Positions 12,977 to 24,404 of a stretch of DNA of 64,000 bases are shown in pieces. This DNA is from Cenococcum geophilum (lineage: Eukaryota), in contig CP158635.1 in the NCBI GenBank assembly GCA_050273025.1, forward strand, positions 26,722,001 through 26,786,000. The letters are read 5' to 3'. The first letter of the stretch is position 1. Every line of letters starts with the position of its first letter. A model generated the notes under the pieces. That model was not told where the DNA came from. It saw only the letters and a program-made list of their open reading frames with translations, and did not search any database. Position numbers and translations under genes: made by a program.

Positions 12977-14488
12977 TAGATACTATATAAGGTAAGCTCT
13001 GTGCCACTCAGCCATTAAACAATTTAAAAAGATAGCGAGTATCTGGCTTAATTGTTACCAATCTTATATTAAAGATATTACGGCTGCTAAGAGGAGAGCC
13101 GGACGAGCTACTAGAGGTAGCAGGGGCTATAATAGACCTAGTGGAACCATGTGATAAGTGGTAAACGACGTTATATACAGTATACGCGAGATATGGATTA
13201 TATACCTACGTATAAAGGGATTTCTTAGAAGTACGGTTATATATTTAAGGATCTATAGTCTCTACTATAGATAGTTCTCTCTTATAGTAATTCTTATAAT
13301 ATAATTAGAGTTAATCTATTAAGTACTTACTCTATAGTCTATCTTATTAATTATTAATTACCTATAAACCTAGCCTATCTACTAAGCTACTATAGTATTT
13401 CCTATAAGTTTATATAATAGTAGTAGATCTTTAATTAACGTTTAATACGGATCCTATCTAGCCCACGCAGACTACTCTATTATAGGGGGAAAACTTATAG
13501 TTTATATAAAGAAAACCCTGCAGTTGGGTTAGGGGAGGAAAAACCCTATAAGCCACCTTAGTAGGATAAAAAACCCCGGTTTGCTATATCCGTCCATAGC
13601 GGCGGCCCTGCGGGCCTACGGCTACGTCCTGTCCTCCTTAGATGTTTAAACTCCTTGGGAACCGCTGCTTCCTTCTCTAGCTTATCCCAGCTAGGGTTTA
13701 CTACGTCCTAGCTAGGCCTTACCAATTAACTGCTATACTGTTGTTTCCTATATCTTAGCTATCCCCCATATACTATCTCTTATTTAACCATTACCATATA
13801 CGCCATGCCTCCCTCCCCCCCTAAGGCCTATCGAAGGCGTAAGGGGGATTTATCTATAAACTACTACTATACCAAAAGGCGAGTGGGACGTGTGTGTATA
13901 CTTGGGTATCTTTTACGCCTAGGCCCTAGTTGCTAGGCCCTTGCCAAGGGTCACTACTCCTTAAGAGGAGATAGGAAAACCGTACGGTGTTATCTAGGCT
14001 GCTAGGTAGTATTTAATAGTTAATGGTGAGTAACCGCATGCTCCGCGGGCGATCGCCCTAGGGGTTAGGAGGGGCCGTATATTTGCTCGTCGCTCGCTCG
14101 CAATCGCTTGTTCGTTAATATAAGGTCGTTAATGCTTTCTGTTGGGGGTTAGGGGATGCTATTAAATGCCGTATATCCATGTTGGATCGTACAGGTGCTT
14201 AGGGGAATAGTAATGGCTGTATTGTGAAGGGGTACCGTCTATAGTGGTTTTTGAGATCTTACCATCCCATGTAAAAACTTTTCACTACGCCCCACGACGC
14301 ACACAACCACCACCAGGCCCACCAGCACGCGCTATGCGACGTCTCTGCGTTGGCTCTGGATCTGAACTTCGAAGACTAGGTTCGTAGCCGTCACCACGTA
14401 CAGGTTTAGAGTCCGGTTTTAACGGCCAAGTTTATATAATATAATTACTATTAAGGTTACGGTAAATAAGTTAATAAGATACTACTAA

Positions 14489-16609
14489 CTGCTAATATAA
14501 GGTCCGTAATAAACCTTCACCGTATATACAACCTTACTAAAAGGTAGCGCCACACTTCTAAACTTACGCATACCCATCTTACCATCAAAAACAATCGATT
14601 TTCCAACTTTTAAGACTTAATTCCTACTGCCTAGCGAGCTAAAGGTGGATTTATTTGTCGTTTTACCCCCTTTCCCCCAATAGAAAATTCTTCTTAGGGG
14701 TAGTCCTAGCTTATAAGCGAGGTACGGACAGGAACACCAAAACTAAATACCAAAACCACGAAATATAGAGGCTAGATTTTCTACTACCTCTTAGCCTAAT
14801 CTCCCCAGAAATCTTCTAGTAGGATTAGTAAGGAGAAAAGGTATAAGGATAGTAAAAACTAGGAAAACCCCCCTATAAGACACAAAATGCCAAGGCCCGG
14901 TAGGCCTAAAAAGAAACCTATAGAAATAAGTGATAATAAGTCTATATCTACATTCACTTTTTCTAGCCCTTCTCCTTCTCCTAGCCTATTTGGGACAGGA
15001 GAAAAAAGAGGACATCCTTAGTCTTCCACTAAAAAGAAAACCAAAAACCTGCAAAAAAGACAACTAAATTAATAACTTTTACGGCTGGTATACCTAGTAT
15101 ATCTTTCTCTTCCCTTTCTCCAGAACAACACCTATAAAAGGCTTTAGATAGCCTAACCCAGGCCTATAAAGGACTAGAAGAAGAAGAAGATAAAAAAGAA
15201 CAAGTTAAACAGCTAGAGGACTATACACGTAGTATCCTAGTAGGAGAAAATCCCTTTATAAAAGGAAAAGAAAAGACAAAAGATGTCCTAAAAGGACTAG
15301 TTAAAGAAGTAAGAGCTCTCCGTAAGAAGGTAGCCCCTACTAAAGAAACCTACGCAGAGAGGCTAAAGAAGGACCTCCCTACTTTGTCCTCTCTACCCTC
15401 CTTATTACTACTACCTCCTACTCCTTCTACTTCTACTAGAAGTAAGAAAAAGCAGCTATAAGAAAGAAAGCTAGTCCTAATTATGGACCAAAAGGACTAA
15501 CCTTTAAATACCTTCTCTATACGAAACAAAGTTAATTAACTATTTACATTAAAACTGCAAGTAAAAAAAACTTGTTTTAGCATTTATAGCTAGAACTAAA
15601 GGAAAATAAAATATTCTTCTTACGACTACGGAAGAGTATAATGTGGATTTCCTAGTCAAATATAAGGAAATCTGGCATAACTGCTTTACCTTTTAAAGAG
15701 AACAAAAACTAAAACCATGGGTTTAAATTATAGCCCATAGGGTTCCTACCCTACTTTTCCTAGGAGAAGAAGGCTCTAAGCTTCTAAAAGAAGAAATTAA
15801 GACTTTTAATCCTATAAGGATACAAGGACTACCTAGATGGATCTTATCTAGTGTAAAAAGACACAATCTACAGACCAGATTTAGCTTTATAGTTTTTACT
15901 ATAGAGAACAAAGAAAAAAGACAAGAAATCCTTAAATAAAAAGATATATTAATTGCAGGTACAGCTACTAAGGTAGTAAAATACCTCAAAGTCTCTCCTA
16001 CTACGCAGTGTAATAGCTGCCAAAAATTTGGCCATATAGGAGATAGATGCTCTACTAGGGCCTGTAGATATTATGCGGCTATACATCTATCTAAAGACCA
16101 CGTCTGTCCTACCTATATGGTAGGGGGCAGGCCTTACAAGCATACTACCCCTCTTTATATCAATTGTAAAGAAAAACACTTTACTAATAGCAAAGACTGC
16201 GAGGTTTTTAAAGCAGCTAAACTAGTATATAGTACTAGTGTAGAAGATTCTATAGAAGAATAAAAATTAATAGGATTCTAGAAGGAGGTACCTCCTACTA
16301 GGCTTCTAGGTAAAAGATATTAGAGAGTAAAAGGATAGAAATAAATTGCAAAAGGATAGGGACAGGGGTTAGGATTTCTTATAGTTTTTCCTACCATTTT
16401 CTCATTCCCTAGTAGTTGTAGTATCTTAGTATTTTACTAGGAAACTATAAACTCCTAGTTTAGGGGTTTATAAACTACTAGGACATAGCCACTAGTATAT
16501 ATTAAGCTGCCTAGAAAGGATTTATGTATATAGAACTATAGCGCCATAGCCTAAGGCTGCATGCGCAGTATTGTACGTAGTATAATATAATGGACAAAAA
16601 AAAAAAAAA
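14489..16609 (+). mobile_element. Non-autonomous LINE derivative (Tad-like): ORF1/gag only, poly(A) tail, target-site duplication
   Basis: Degenerate ORF 14887-16263 with zinc knuckles (CNSCQKFGHIGDRC...CKEKHFTNSKDC); A14 tail at 16596-16609; AAGATACTACTAA repeated at 14476-14488 and 16608-16620; no room for an endonuclease/RT ORF. Confidence 0.85.
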
Positions 16610-16664
16610 GATACTACTAAAAGTATAATCTATATTACTGTTATAGATAACTACGTTAAATAAT

Positions 16665-16772
16665 TGTAAGAGTATAAGAGTATACATATTGGGTCCCGCA
16701 AGAGTCGCGATAGATTCGCGATTACTCTCTATCTTTTTGGCCGTATGGCGACGTGGAGCGGGACACGTTACA
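16665..16772. mobile_element. Short solo LTR, family A copy 1
   Basis: TGTAAGAG...CGTTACA flanked by ATAAT on both sides; homologous to 17753-17851. Confidence 0.85.
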
Positions 16773-17230
16773 ATAATATAGAAAATACTAGTATAAACGA
16801 TAACGACTTAAGTAGTTGCTATAGTATAGCTAAAAGTATTTATAGAATAAGTAGTTAATAACTAGGTAACTCTAAATAAGCAACTTACTAATATAAAAAG
16901 AGAAATATTAAAATACTAATAATTAAGTAATTTATAGATAAGAAGTTAAAACTTAAAAGATTTCTAATATAAATAAAGTTTAAAATCTAATATAAGGAAA
17001 CTAAGTTATAAATACCTATAGACTAAGTTATATATATAGGATTATTTCTAATAAGAAGGGCAATTAAGTAGTTTAAGCTATATCTTATAGAGATATAGAA
17101 GAATAGTATAACAATAACTAACCTAGAGGTTACGTATATATTCTTAAGCTAGAAAGGCTTCGTAGATAGACTTAAGCAGATATATAGAGACCTAGAAGTA
17201 GTAGTAACGGCTAAAATAAAACTCTATAAG

Positions 17231-17543
17231 TGTAAGAGGCCAGTTCGACCGGAACGTATGATTATCTAATCGACAGTGTCCAATGAGAGTCATAGGTAAG
17301 TCGAAGGTAGAATGAGCTTCATGTGTTTGATGGACAATCGCTTCCTGACCCCTTCTATTCAGAGACTAATCGCTGGTTCTTCTCTATTCAGAGAACCAGC
17401 TTCCTATATAATCCTTCCGAGACATTAGTAAAACTTTTCGCCCCTTATCTGTCTGACGGTGTCTTCTCTGGGACGTTGGTGAAACCTTCATCTGTCTGAC
17501 TACTGTCTCGTCTAATATGTACCTTCTGGGAGAGCCCGTTACA
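17231..17543. mobile_element. Solo LTR (313 bp) with little RIP damage
   Basis: TGTAAG...GTTACA termini; flanks ATAAG and ATAAA (5-bp TSD with one G>A); normal CpA/TpG content inside AT-rich host sequence. Confidence 0.85.
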
Positions 17544-17752
17544 ATAAATTAACTCAGAGAATACTAGCAATAGAATATATAACGTAATTCTAAATATATA
17601 TAGTATAATATCGGTAAAGACTAAAGTTAAAGGTCTAGGATATATTAATCCTTATAGAAGATATAATAACTATTAGAGAGTTAATTAATTAAGTAATTAA
17701 AATTAATAACTAGATTTTCCAAAGGGAAAGAGCTAAGAAAGGGTACAATAAA

Positions 17753-17851
17753 TGTAAGAGTGCATATATTAGATCCCGCAAGAGTCGCGCGAGTGCGGGA
17801 GTACTCTCTGTCTTTTTGGCCGTATGGCGACGTGGTGCGGGACACGTTGCA
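17753..17851. mobile_element. Short solo LTR, family A copy 2
   Basis: TGTAAGAG...CGTTGCA flanked by ATAAA on both sides; homologous to 16665-16772. Confidence 0.85.
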
Positions 17852-18055
17852 ATAAACTAGTATAGGTATAAAGAGCACTATAATAAGCATTAAAACTATA
17901 GTATAGCAAACTAGAGCTAATAGATCTAAGCGGAATATAAGAGTTAAAAAAGAAATAACTATAAAGGTCTAAAGGTTAAAGACTAAAAAGGGATAATAAC
18001 CAAGGGAAGGGATAGTCTCTCTTTCTTCGTCGTTCCTGACCTGATATTTCTAGTC

Positions 18056-18570
18056 GACAAGACCAGCCCCACCCAGGGTTACCAAGTGCTTCCCAGGTAT
18101 CATAATCCTCCTCAGGGCCGCGGCAAAGTAACATACCATTAACCGCTCCACCTACTACAGCTCCAGCAGGGACAAGGATAGTGCGATTGTTTATACTAGG
18201 CTGTGGAATGTACGTCCAGTTGAAGGCATCTCGAGCGTCATCAATAGCTGTCCGTTCAGGGATTAAAATGTTTATGTCATCATTGAGATATCCAAATTCG
18301 ATGACGAGGACGGAATCTACAAGCGAAAGTCAGCGTCTTGGTAAGGCCGGATATAGAACATGCTCAGTTTGTAGATTTACTCTTGCCGTCCCAAGTCAGG
18401 CGGTCCGCAACAATCAGACCACTTGTTCCACCACCAGCAATAATATAGTCATATGTATTTTCTTTAGCAAAGCGCTTAGGCCGAGCTGGGCGGGATATGC
18501 TTGGAGCGCAGAAACAGACGTGGACCCATACGAGCGGTCGAAGGGGCACCGATATTTTCAAGCCTGCCAT
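18056..18570 (-). pseudogene. Truncated GMC oxidoreductase (N-terminal FAD-binding part only)
   Basis: Exon 1 contains TYDYIIAGGGTSGLIVADRLT (GxGxxG); exon 2 reads SVLVIEFG...AGAVVGGAVNGM...DYDTWEALGNPGWGW, then the sequence runs into the TE block. Confidence 0.85.
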
Positions 18571-19320
18571 TGATTTTCTCAGTTGTAAGTTCAATCGCAA
18601 AAAACAATAGCGGTCAAAGAGGTATAGGGCTGGGGAAGCGCATACCTTAATATCACGGCTATGTGAACAGTCAATAAGGGCGCTATTAGATTGGTACTGT
18701 TGATCTTACGGAAATTTATGCGCCCTTCTCTTGTCTAGGGTTCGAGTTAGGGAAGACCAGGATACTGTCATATTTCTAGAATGCCTAAATAGATTCTGCC
18801 AAGGCCAAGTGAGAATTGGCATTTAGCGGGGCTAGGTCAGCAGACATTCAAGGCGTTTGTCTAACCAGAAACCTACAGATGGGGGGACTGCCCATAAACT
18901 TGGTAGCAAGGATAGGCCTGAGAGCGCGTCTGACAGCCCTAATATAGATCGACCGAAGAAATTCCTTTATTCCTTAACCCGCCGGAATTCGTCTTACTGT
19001 TATCGATAAGAACTAGCCAATCAGATCAGCCCTGTGTAGCTATTCTGGTGTTCAAGCACGGACTAATTTTCAGTAGGACGTCGGCGGGTTAATGGATAAG
19101 ATGTTGTCCTAATATCCGCCATATAGCGTAGTCGTACATATCAATTCCTATGCAATAAATCTTGGTCCAAATGCGCAGCATTTGTAACTCATATTCTTAA
19201 CACCAGACCATCAGCACAACTCCAGTTCCTCAAGTCTCCTGAGGCTCATACACATTTCCAGAACCCATTCCTACGCTCTCCACCATTAACCCAGACAACC
19301 CCTTTCACTTTCCAACCGTC

Positions 19321-21585
19321 TCATAAGGGACTAGCCTCTAACCGATCCCTCTCCCTTGCCTCCTCCAACTCCTCTAGGATATCTGGCAGCATGGCTTCGA
19401 CATCCTCCTCCCTGACGCCCAGCGCCCCCGTAATCAGCCGCTTATACTCACTCTGCCGCTCGCCCATGCCCGCCACGCTCAGATTCTGCACGACCTCCGC
19501 GACCAGCGCCCTCCGCTCCGCTTGCGCTCTATGCAGCAACAGAGCCAGATTCAGCTTCTCGCGCACGAGCGTCTCGCTGTCGCCGTCCTGCCTGTCCGGC
19601 TCGGGAGCGTGGTTCTGCGAGACGCTGGAGAGGCGCCGCAGCTCTGCGCGCTGCTCGACCTCGAGGAGCGCCTCGGCCTCGCGCACTAGAGCTGCTAACC
19701 CGTCCTCTTGCGTGCGGTCCACGTCGACGGCCCCGGCGTCGTTGCCCGGCGGCAGCTCGGCCAGCTGCTTACGGATGGCGTCGATTTCTGCCTGCCGTTT
19801 CCGCACGACGCGCTCAGCGTCTGCGATCTCGACTTCTTTTTCCTCGAGCTCGGCTTCGTAGGCTAGTGCCAGAGCTTCGCATTTCTCGAGGAGCGTTGGC
19901 GCGATCTTGTGCATTAAGTGGCTTGCTGTTTGGCTGCGGTACTGTACCGCGCCGGGCATACTTGCTGCTAGTGAGCTCGTGAAAGGGAGAGGGGCGCTGT
20001 CCCCGTTCAAACGGGGGTCAGGGGCGAAGGGAGAAGAGGAGGCTTGGCGGGGTCGTCCGACGCCATGACGGCGGCGCTGGTTTAACTCGCGGATTAGATC
20101 ATCGGCTGTTTCGCCTTTGTTGTTTGGTATATCGACCGCTACGTTGCGGCCGAGGAGAGAGCGGACACATTTTCGAGCGCCGTTGCGTGCTGCAATCATG
20201 ATGGCTGTGTCGCCGTTTTTGTCTTGAATATTTAGGAGGCGTGTAACTTCATCGGGTATCCATGTTTCAGAGAGCTTGTTGATTATGCAGTCGAGGTAAT
20301 AACGGGCGCAGACGTACTTATTAGTGGAGCTTGTGGTCGCGGCGATATGATGGAAGACTGTGCTACCAAACCAGTCGGTGCGGACGACTGTTTGTTGGAA
20401 AAATTTTACCGTGCTCGGCATTGTAGATTTGTCAAAGTTGTTAGTAAACATTACAGCACGCATGAGGGGTGTTTCGAGGTTATTAGAAAGACAGTCGATG
20501 CGTGCTCCACGACCGATTAGCTCTTTGACAACATCAACATCACCCATAGCAGCTGCCCAGTGTATCGCTGAGTGCCCCTTCTCATCGATAGGGCGGTCGA
20601 GATTGACATTTGCGGGAGGTTCTGGAGGAGCGGGGAAGCGGTCTTCGGATTCTAGGAGCATGAAGTAATCTAATAAAGCATCTGCCCACATCTGATGCTG
20701 TTGGTCTTGCAAAGACATCTGATCTGCTCCGCGTTTTCTTTTCCGTGAACCTGTAGAGTACTGCGATGCATTGAGCATGTCTTGATCACCAAGCATTGAC
20801 TCTGATATGACGGTGTCATTGTCGGGAGTGTCGTCTTTGGCGTATGGGACACTAGTGTTGTCGAATTGCTCTTCACTGAGTTGGCTTACGCTTGCGCCGG
20901 GGATGGCTATCAGAATGAGTAAGTTTCAGGGCATATGAAATGATATCTGTAACTCGACGGTGTGCTCCGAAACGCTTTGAATAGCTCATTTGATGTATGA
21001 CGTAGAAGAAATAAGTAGTATTCACCCTTACCATTTGCTCTCCTTGCGGCAGCACTTTGTCTAGGAACCTTTGGTCTATTCGACGCAGCCGTAGCATGCT
21101 TCGGGGCTGGAGGAGGGCTTCGGTCTCCTGGGACATAGTCGAAGATTGGAAGCAGCTTTTCCAGCACTCCATTGCGCTCAGCCAATACCCGGCCGTCTTG
21201 AAGCGGTACCCATGTTCCTGTATTCCTTAAGTCTCAGCGACCATACCCAGAGGCTAATTCGCTCGCTCCTGACCTTGGTATTTGCCATATCCACCCTGGA
21301 CTTTCTCATGCACACCCTTCTGAACCTCTCGTTCCAGGATGCGAGTTCTCGCAGGTTTGTCGAAGTCGGCTACCTTTAGAATGTGCGTCGCATTAATCCA
21401 GTCGTCGGCTCTACGGCGCATGACATGGTTTCCCAAGACATTATACTCGTAGACGGGCACCTAAGGCAATGATCAGCACTGGTGAGGTTGAGGGTTTGCG
21501 CGCGAGGATTGTAGAGGATGTATTAGGCGTGACGAACATTGCTATAGGTGGCAGAGTATATCTTGCCGTTCGCATCAGCGGACAT
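19321..21585 (-). CDS. MBP1: APSES/KilA-N plus ankyrin G1/S transcription factor (Mbp1/Res-type MBF subunit), multi-exon
   Basis: Exons encode [13 protein letters not shown]...[20 protein letters not shown]...[17 protein letters not shown]; the large 3' exon has ankyrin repeats and a coiled coil. Confidence 0.9.
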
Positions 21586-21782
21586 GATGGGCTTCAGTTT
21601 GGATTTCGGGCGCGATAAAATGGCGTTGCGCGGTGGAATTCTAGCTGGACGCGCGGGCGCGTTTCACTCAGGCTTTCATCTGCCTGCTCTCGGCAGAATT
21701 AAGGCGGTGACCAACGAAAGCCGAAACGCTCGACTTCACCTGTCCAGCATCACACAACACCGCTCCGGCTCCTTCCACCACC
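21586..21782. promoter_or_regulatory. Compact bidirectional promoter with MCB-like CGCG boxes
   Basis: 197 bp between divergent ATGs; CGCGAT at 21611, ACGCG at 21649, CGCGT at 21658. Confidence 0.5.
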
Positions 21783-22209
21783 ATGACTATCACCGATACT
21801 ATTAAGGAGGCTGTTGGCCTGAGCAATGCCTCGTCCACACGTGAGTGGTTCTACCTCCCATCCTCCAATTGCTCTCCCCGCGGAGTGAATTCGCACTGAC
21901 ATATACTCAGCTGCCTCAAGAGAGGCCATGTCAGAGGCACGACTCCCTCTAGCATACCGAGACAGCTGCGCACATCTCCTCATCCCACTAAACCGCTGTC
22001 GATATGAGGAATACTACCTACCGTGGAAATGCGAGGTATGCAATATTCCCCGCTTGTGGGATAGCTCCCCCCAGCGAAACAAGCCTGACCAGACCACCAT
22101 TCAGAACGAGCGGCACACATACGAGAAATGCCAGTATGAAGAATTCAAGAGGCGGGTGGCAAAGATGGATGAGCTGAGAGCGGCAAAGAACGGGGCACGG
22201 AGCAATTGA
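21783..22209 (+). CDS. NDUFB7: NADH:ubiquinone oxidoreductase B18 subunit (NDUFB7 family), 3 exons
   Basis: Exons 21783-21840, 21911-22035 and 22105-22209 give ...ARLPLAYRDSCAHLLIPLNRCR...WKCENERHTYEKCQYEEF (twin CX9C). Confidence 0.93.
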
Positions 22210-22408
22210 TATCAAAGAAGCTAGACGACGTCTTCTCACGTATCGGAAAAGGTTGGGGAAGCTGCATGTATATATTCGCAGCATCACCAACTATGTAAAA
22301 CTTTTCAACCAGGATCTAGAGCCACTGTGTAGAGTTTCGGCACCGAATTATACCTTTTACATTAATTTCTAGCTCTGCGCGGCTTATTCTAACTGACTAG
22401 CTAGATTC

Positions 22409-24404
22409 TTATAGCCTTGACTCTCGAGCATCTGAATCTCCGACCTCAGCTTTTGCTTTGTCTCGCAAGATCTTCCGCAGGATCTTTCCTGACTACACCT
22501 TCATTAGTTTGAGCTGACCAATTAATCTGGATCCCCGACTTACAGGATTCTTTGGTATAGCGTCGGTGAAGCAGACTCCTCCAGTTAAGCGCTTTGATTT
22601 TGAGATTCTCGTCGCCATAAATGCGTTGATGTCTTCTGCGGTTGCTTTCTGTTCTTGATTGAGAACGATATATGCTCGAGGAGCCTCTTCGCCTTTGCTA
22701 TTTCTGCTCAGCATGTTGCTCTCATGATTTTGTGCGGCAGTGGTGATATAACTTACATCGTCACCCCAACTACCGCTGCATCTGCAACAGCCGGATGGTC
22801 TAGCAGCAGAGCCTCCAGCTCTGCTGGCGCAACTTGAATACCTTTCACTTTAATGAGTTCCTACATTGTTCATTGTCAGCTCCTGTAAACTTTTCTCGCA
22901 GTTCATTGCGCTCATTCTCACCTTCTTCCGGTCTACAATAAATAACTTGTTCTCCTTGTCTATGTACGCGATGTCTCCAGTTCTGAGCCATCCGTCCTCC
23001 GTCAATGTTTCTCTTGTGGCCTCTGGCCTTCCCCAGTACCCTTTCATTACATTAGGCGCGCGGACCCATAGTTCTCCCCGTTCTCCCTGCTTAACCTCGT
23101 GCAGACCCACCTCATCATCCACAATCTTCGCTTCGCAATTTGGCGCCAACTCACCAACCGAAAAGGAGTGTGAGATGGAGTTCGGCTCCCAAGTAGTGAC
23201 CGTACACGTCGCCCTGCGCAGGTTTGTCAGCTCGCACCGTCCTAGTGCAGATTCTCTCCATAAGATCAACCCGGCCTTTGTCAAGAAAGCAGAATCGCTC
23301 CGTCCAGAACGCCGTGACGCAGCTGGGATAACGCAAAGCCACTTACTCAGTCATCCCCCATCCCTGCTTCACATTGATCTTCCCCTCCGGCCATAGCGTC
23401 TCCAACTCCGCACACACCTCCCTACCCAACGGCGCCGCACCGCTCCCCACCCTCTCCACCGAGCTCAAATCGAAGGTCCTCGTCGCGGGATGCTTCGCCA
23501 TAGTCACCACAACCGGCGGGACTAGAACCAGATCCGTAATCCGAAACCGCTGCACCGCCTCCAGCATGCCCAGGAAATCAAACCGCGGCATCAAATACAC
23601 CGGGACGCCATGCCCCGGCGCACTAACACAAAACAGCGTCTGGGCCATGGCATGGTACATGGGCAGGAAGCACAGATAGCGACTCCGCGCGCGGCGCAGC
23701 TCATACAGCGGATCCAGCCTTGCCAGCCACGCCGTCTGCGCGCAATTCGCGACGTAATTCGCATGCGTGATCGTCACCCCCTTGGGCACGCCCGTGGTGC
23801 CCGAGCTGTAGTTCAGCGCGACGGGCCGTCCGAGCTCCTCCGCGGTGCTCAGCTCCGCCCACGCGAACGCTGCCGCTTCCGCCGCCCCCGCCAGCAGCGC
23901 GCTCCAGTGCCGCACGGCCCCGACGTCCGCGCCCCGGCCCTCGAACGTCGCCGCCCCGCTGTCGAACGCGAAGACGGCGTCGCGCGGCAGCCCCGCGCTG
24001 GCGGCGGCTTCCAAGCCTGTCGGCAGGCTGCTCTCGGCGCAGAGCAGGAAGCGCGCGCCCGAGTCGCGGAGCTGGTGGGCGAGCTCCCGCGCGACGTAGG
24101 TTGGGTTGGCGCCCGTGAAGATCCCGCCTGCCATGATGACGCCCATGAGGACGGTCGGGAAGAACAGCGTGTTGCCTGAGTAGAGCAGCACGCGGTCGCC
24201 GGGCTGCAGGCCGGCTTTTTGCAGGCCGAGCGCCAGCCGCTGCGACCAGAGGCGGTAGGAGGACATGGTTAGGAAGTGGGCTTCGGGAGCCGCGGTGGAG
24301 ATTAGGGCGGGGGTGGTTGGGAGGGGTGCGGTGGGGGAGGTGAAGAGGTAGGTGGGGAGGGAGACGGAGGGGATGGCGATTTTCCAGCGGGATTGGATGG
24401 GCAT
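22409..24404 (-). CDS. 4-coumarate:CoA ligase-like AMP-dependent acyl-CoA synthetase, probably peroxisomal
   Basis: [38 protein letters not shown] and IPKNPSGKILRK motifs across exons; C-terminus ...ESRL* is a PTS1-type tripeptide. Confidence 0.9.

Larger units (their letters stand above)
14270..18000 (+). mobile_element. Gypsy 5' LTR and degenerate gag fragment hosting four nested insertions
   Basis: TG...CA segment 14270-14402 followed by a PBS-like GGTTTAGAGTCC. Degenerate gag translation around 17140-17600 (S*KGFVDRLKQIYRDLE...AKIKLY|KLTQ...EYIT*F*) continues across the inserted solo LTR. Confidence 0.6.
1..18050. repeat. AT-rich block of RIP-degraded, nested transposable elements
   Basis: Strong TpA excess and CpA/TpG depletion; almost no long ORFs; recognisable TE protein motifs interrupted by TAA/TAG at expected Gln/Trp codons; sharp change to gene-like composition near 18 kb. 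Confidence 0.95.

Noticed and set aside
13520..14160. Scattered GGGTTAGGG telomere-like words
   Set aside because: Isolated copies with no tandem array.
17231..17543. Lightly mutated solo LTRs as evidence that RIP has been lost
   Set aside because: Short repeats are known to be poor RIP substrates, so their preservation is uninformative.
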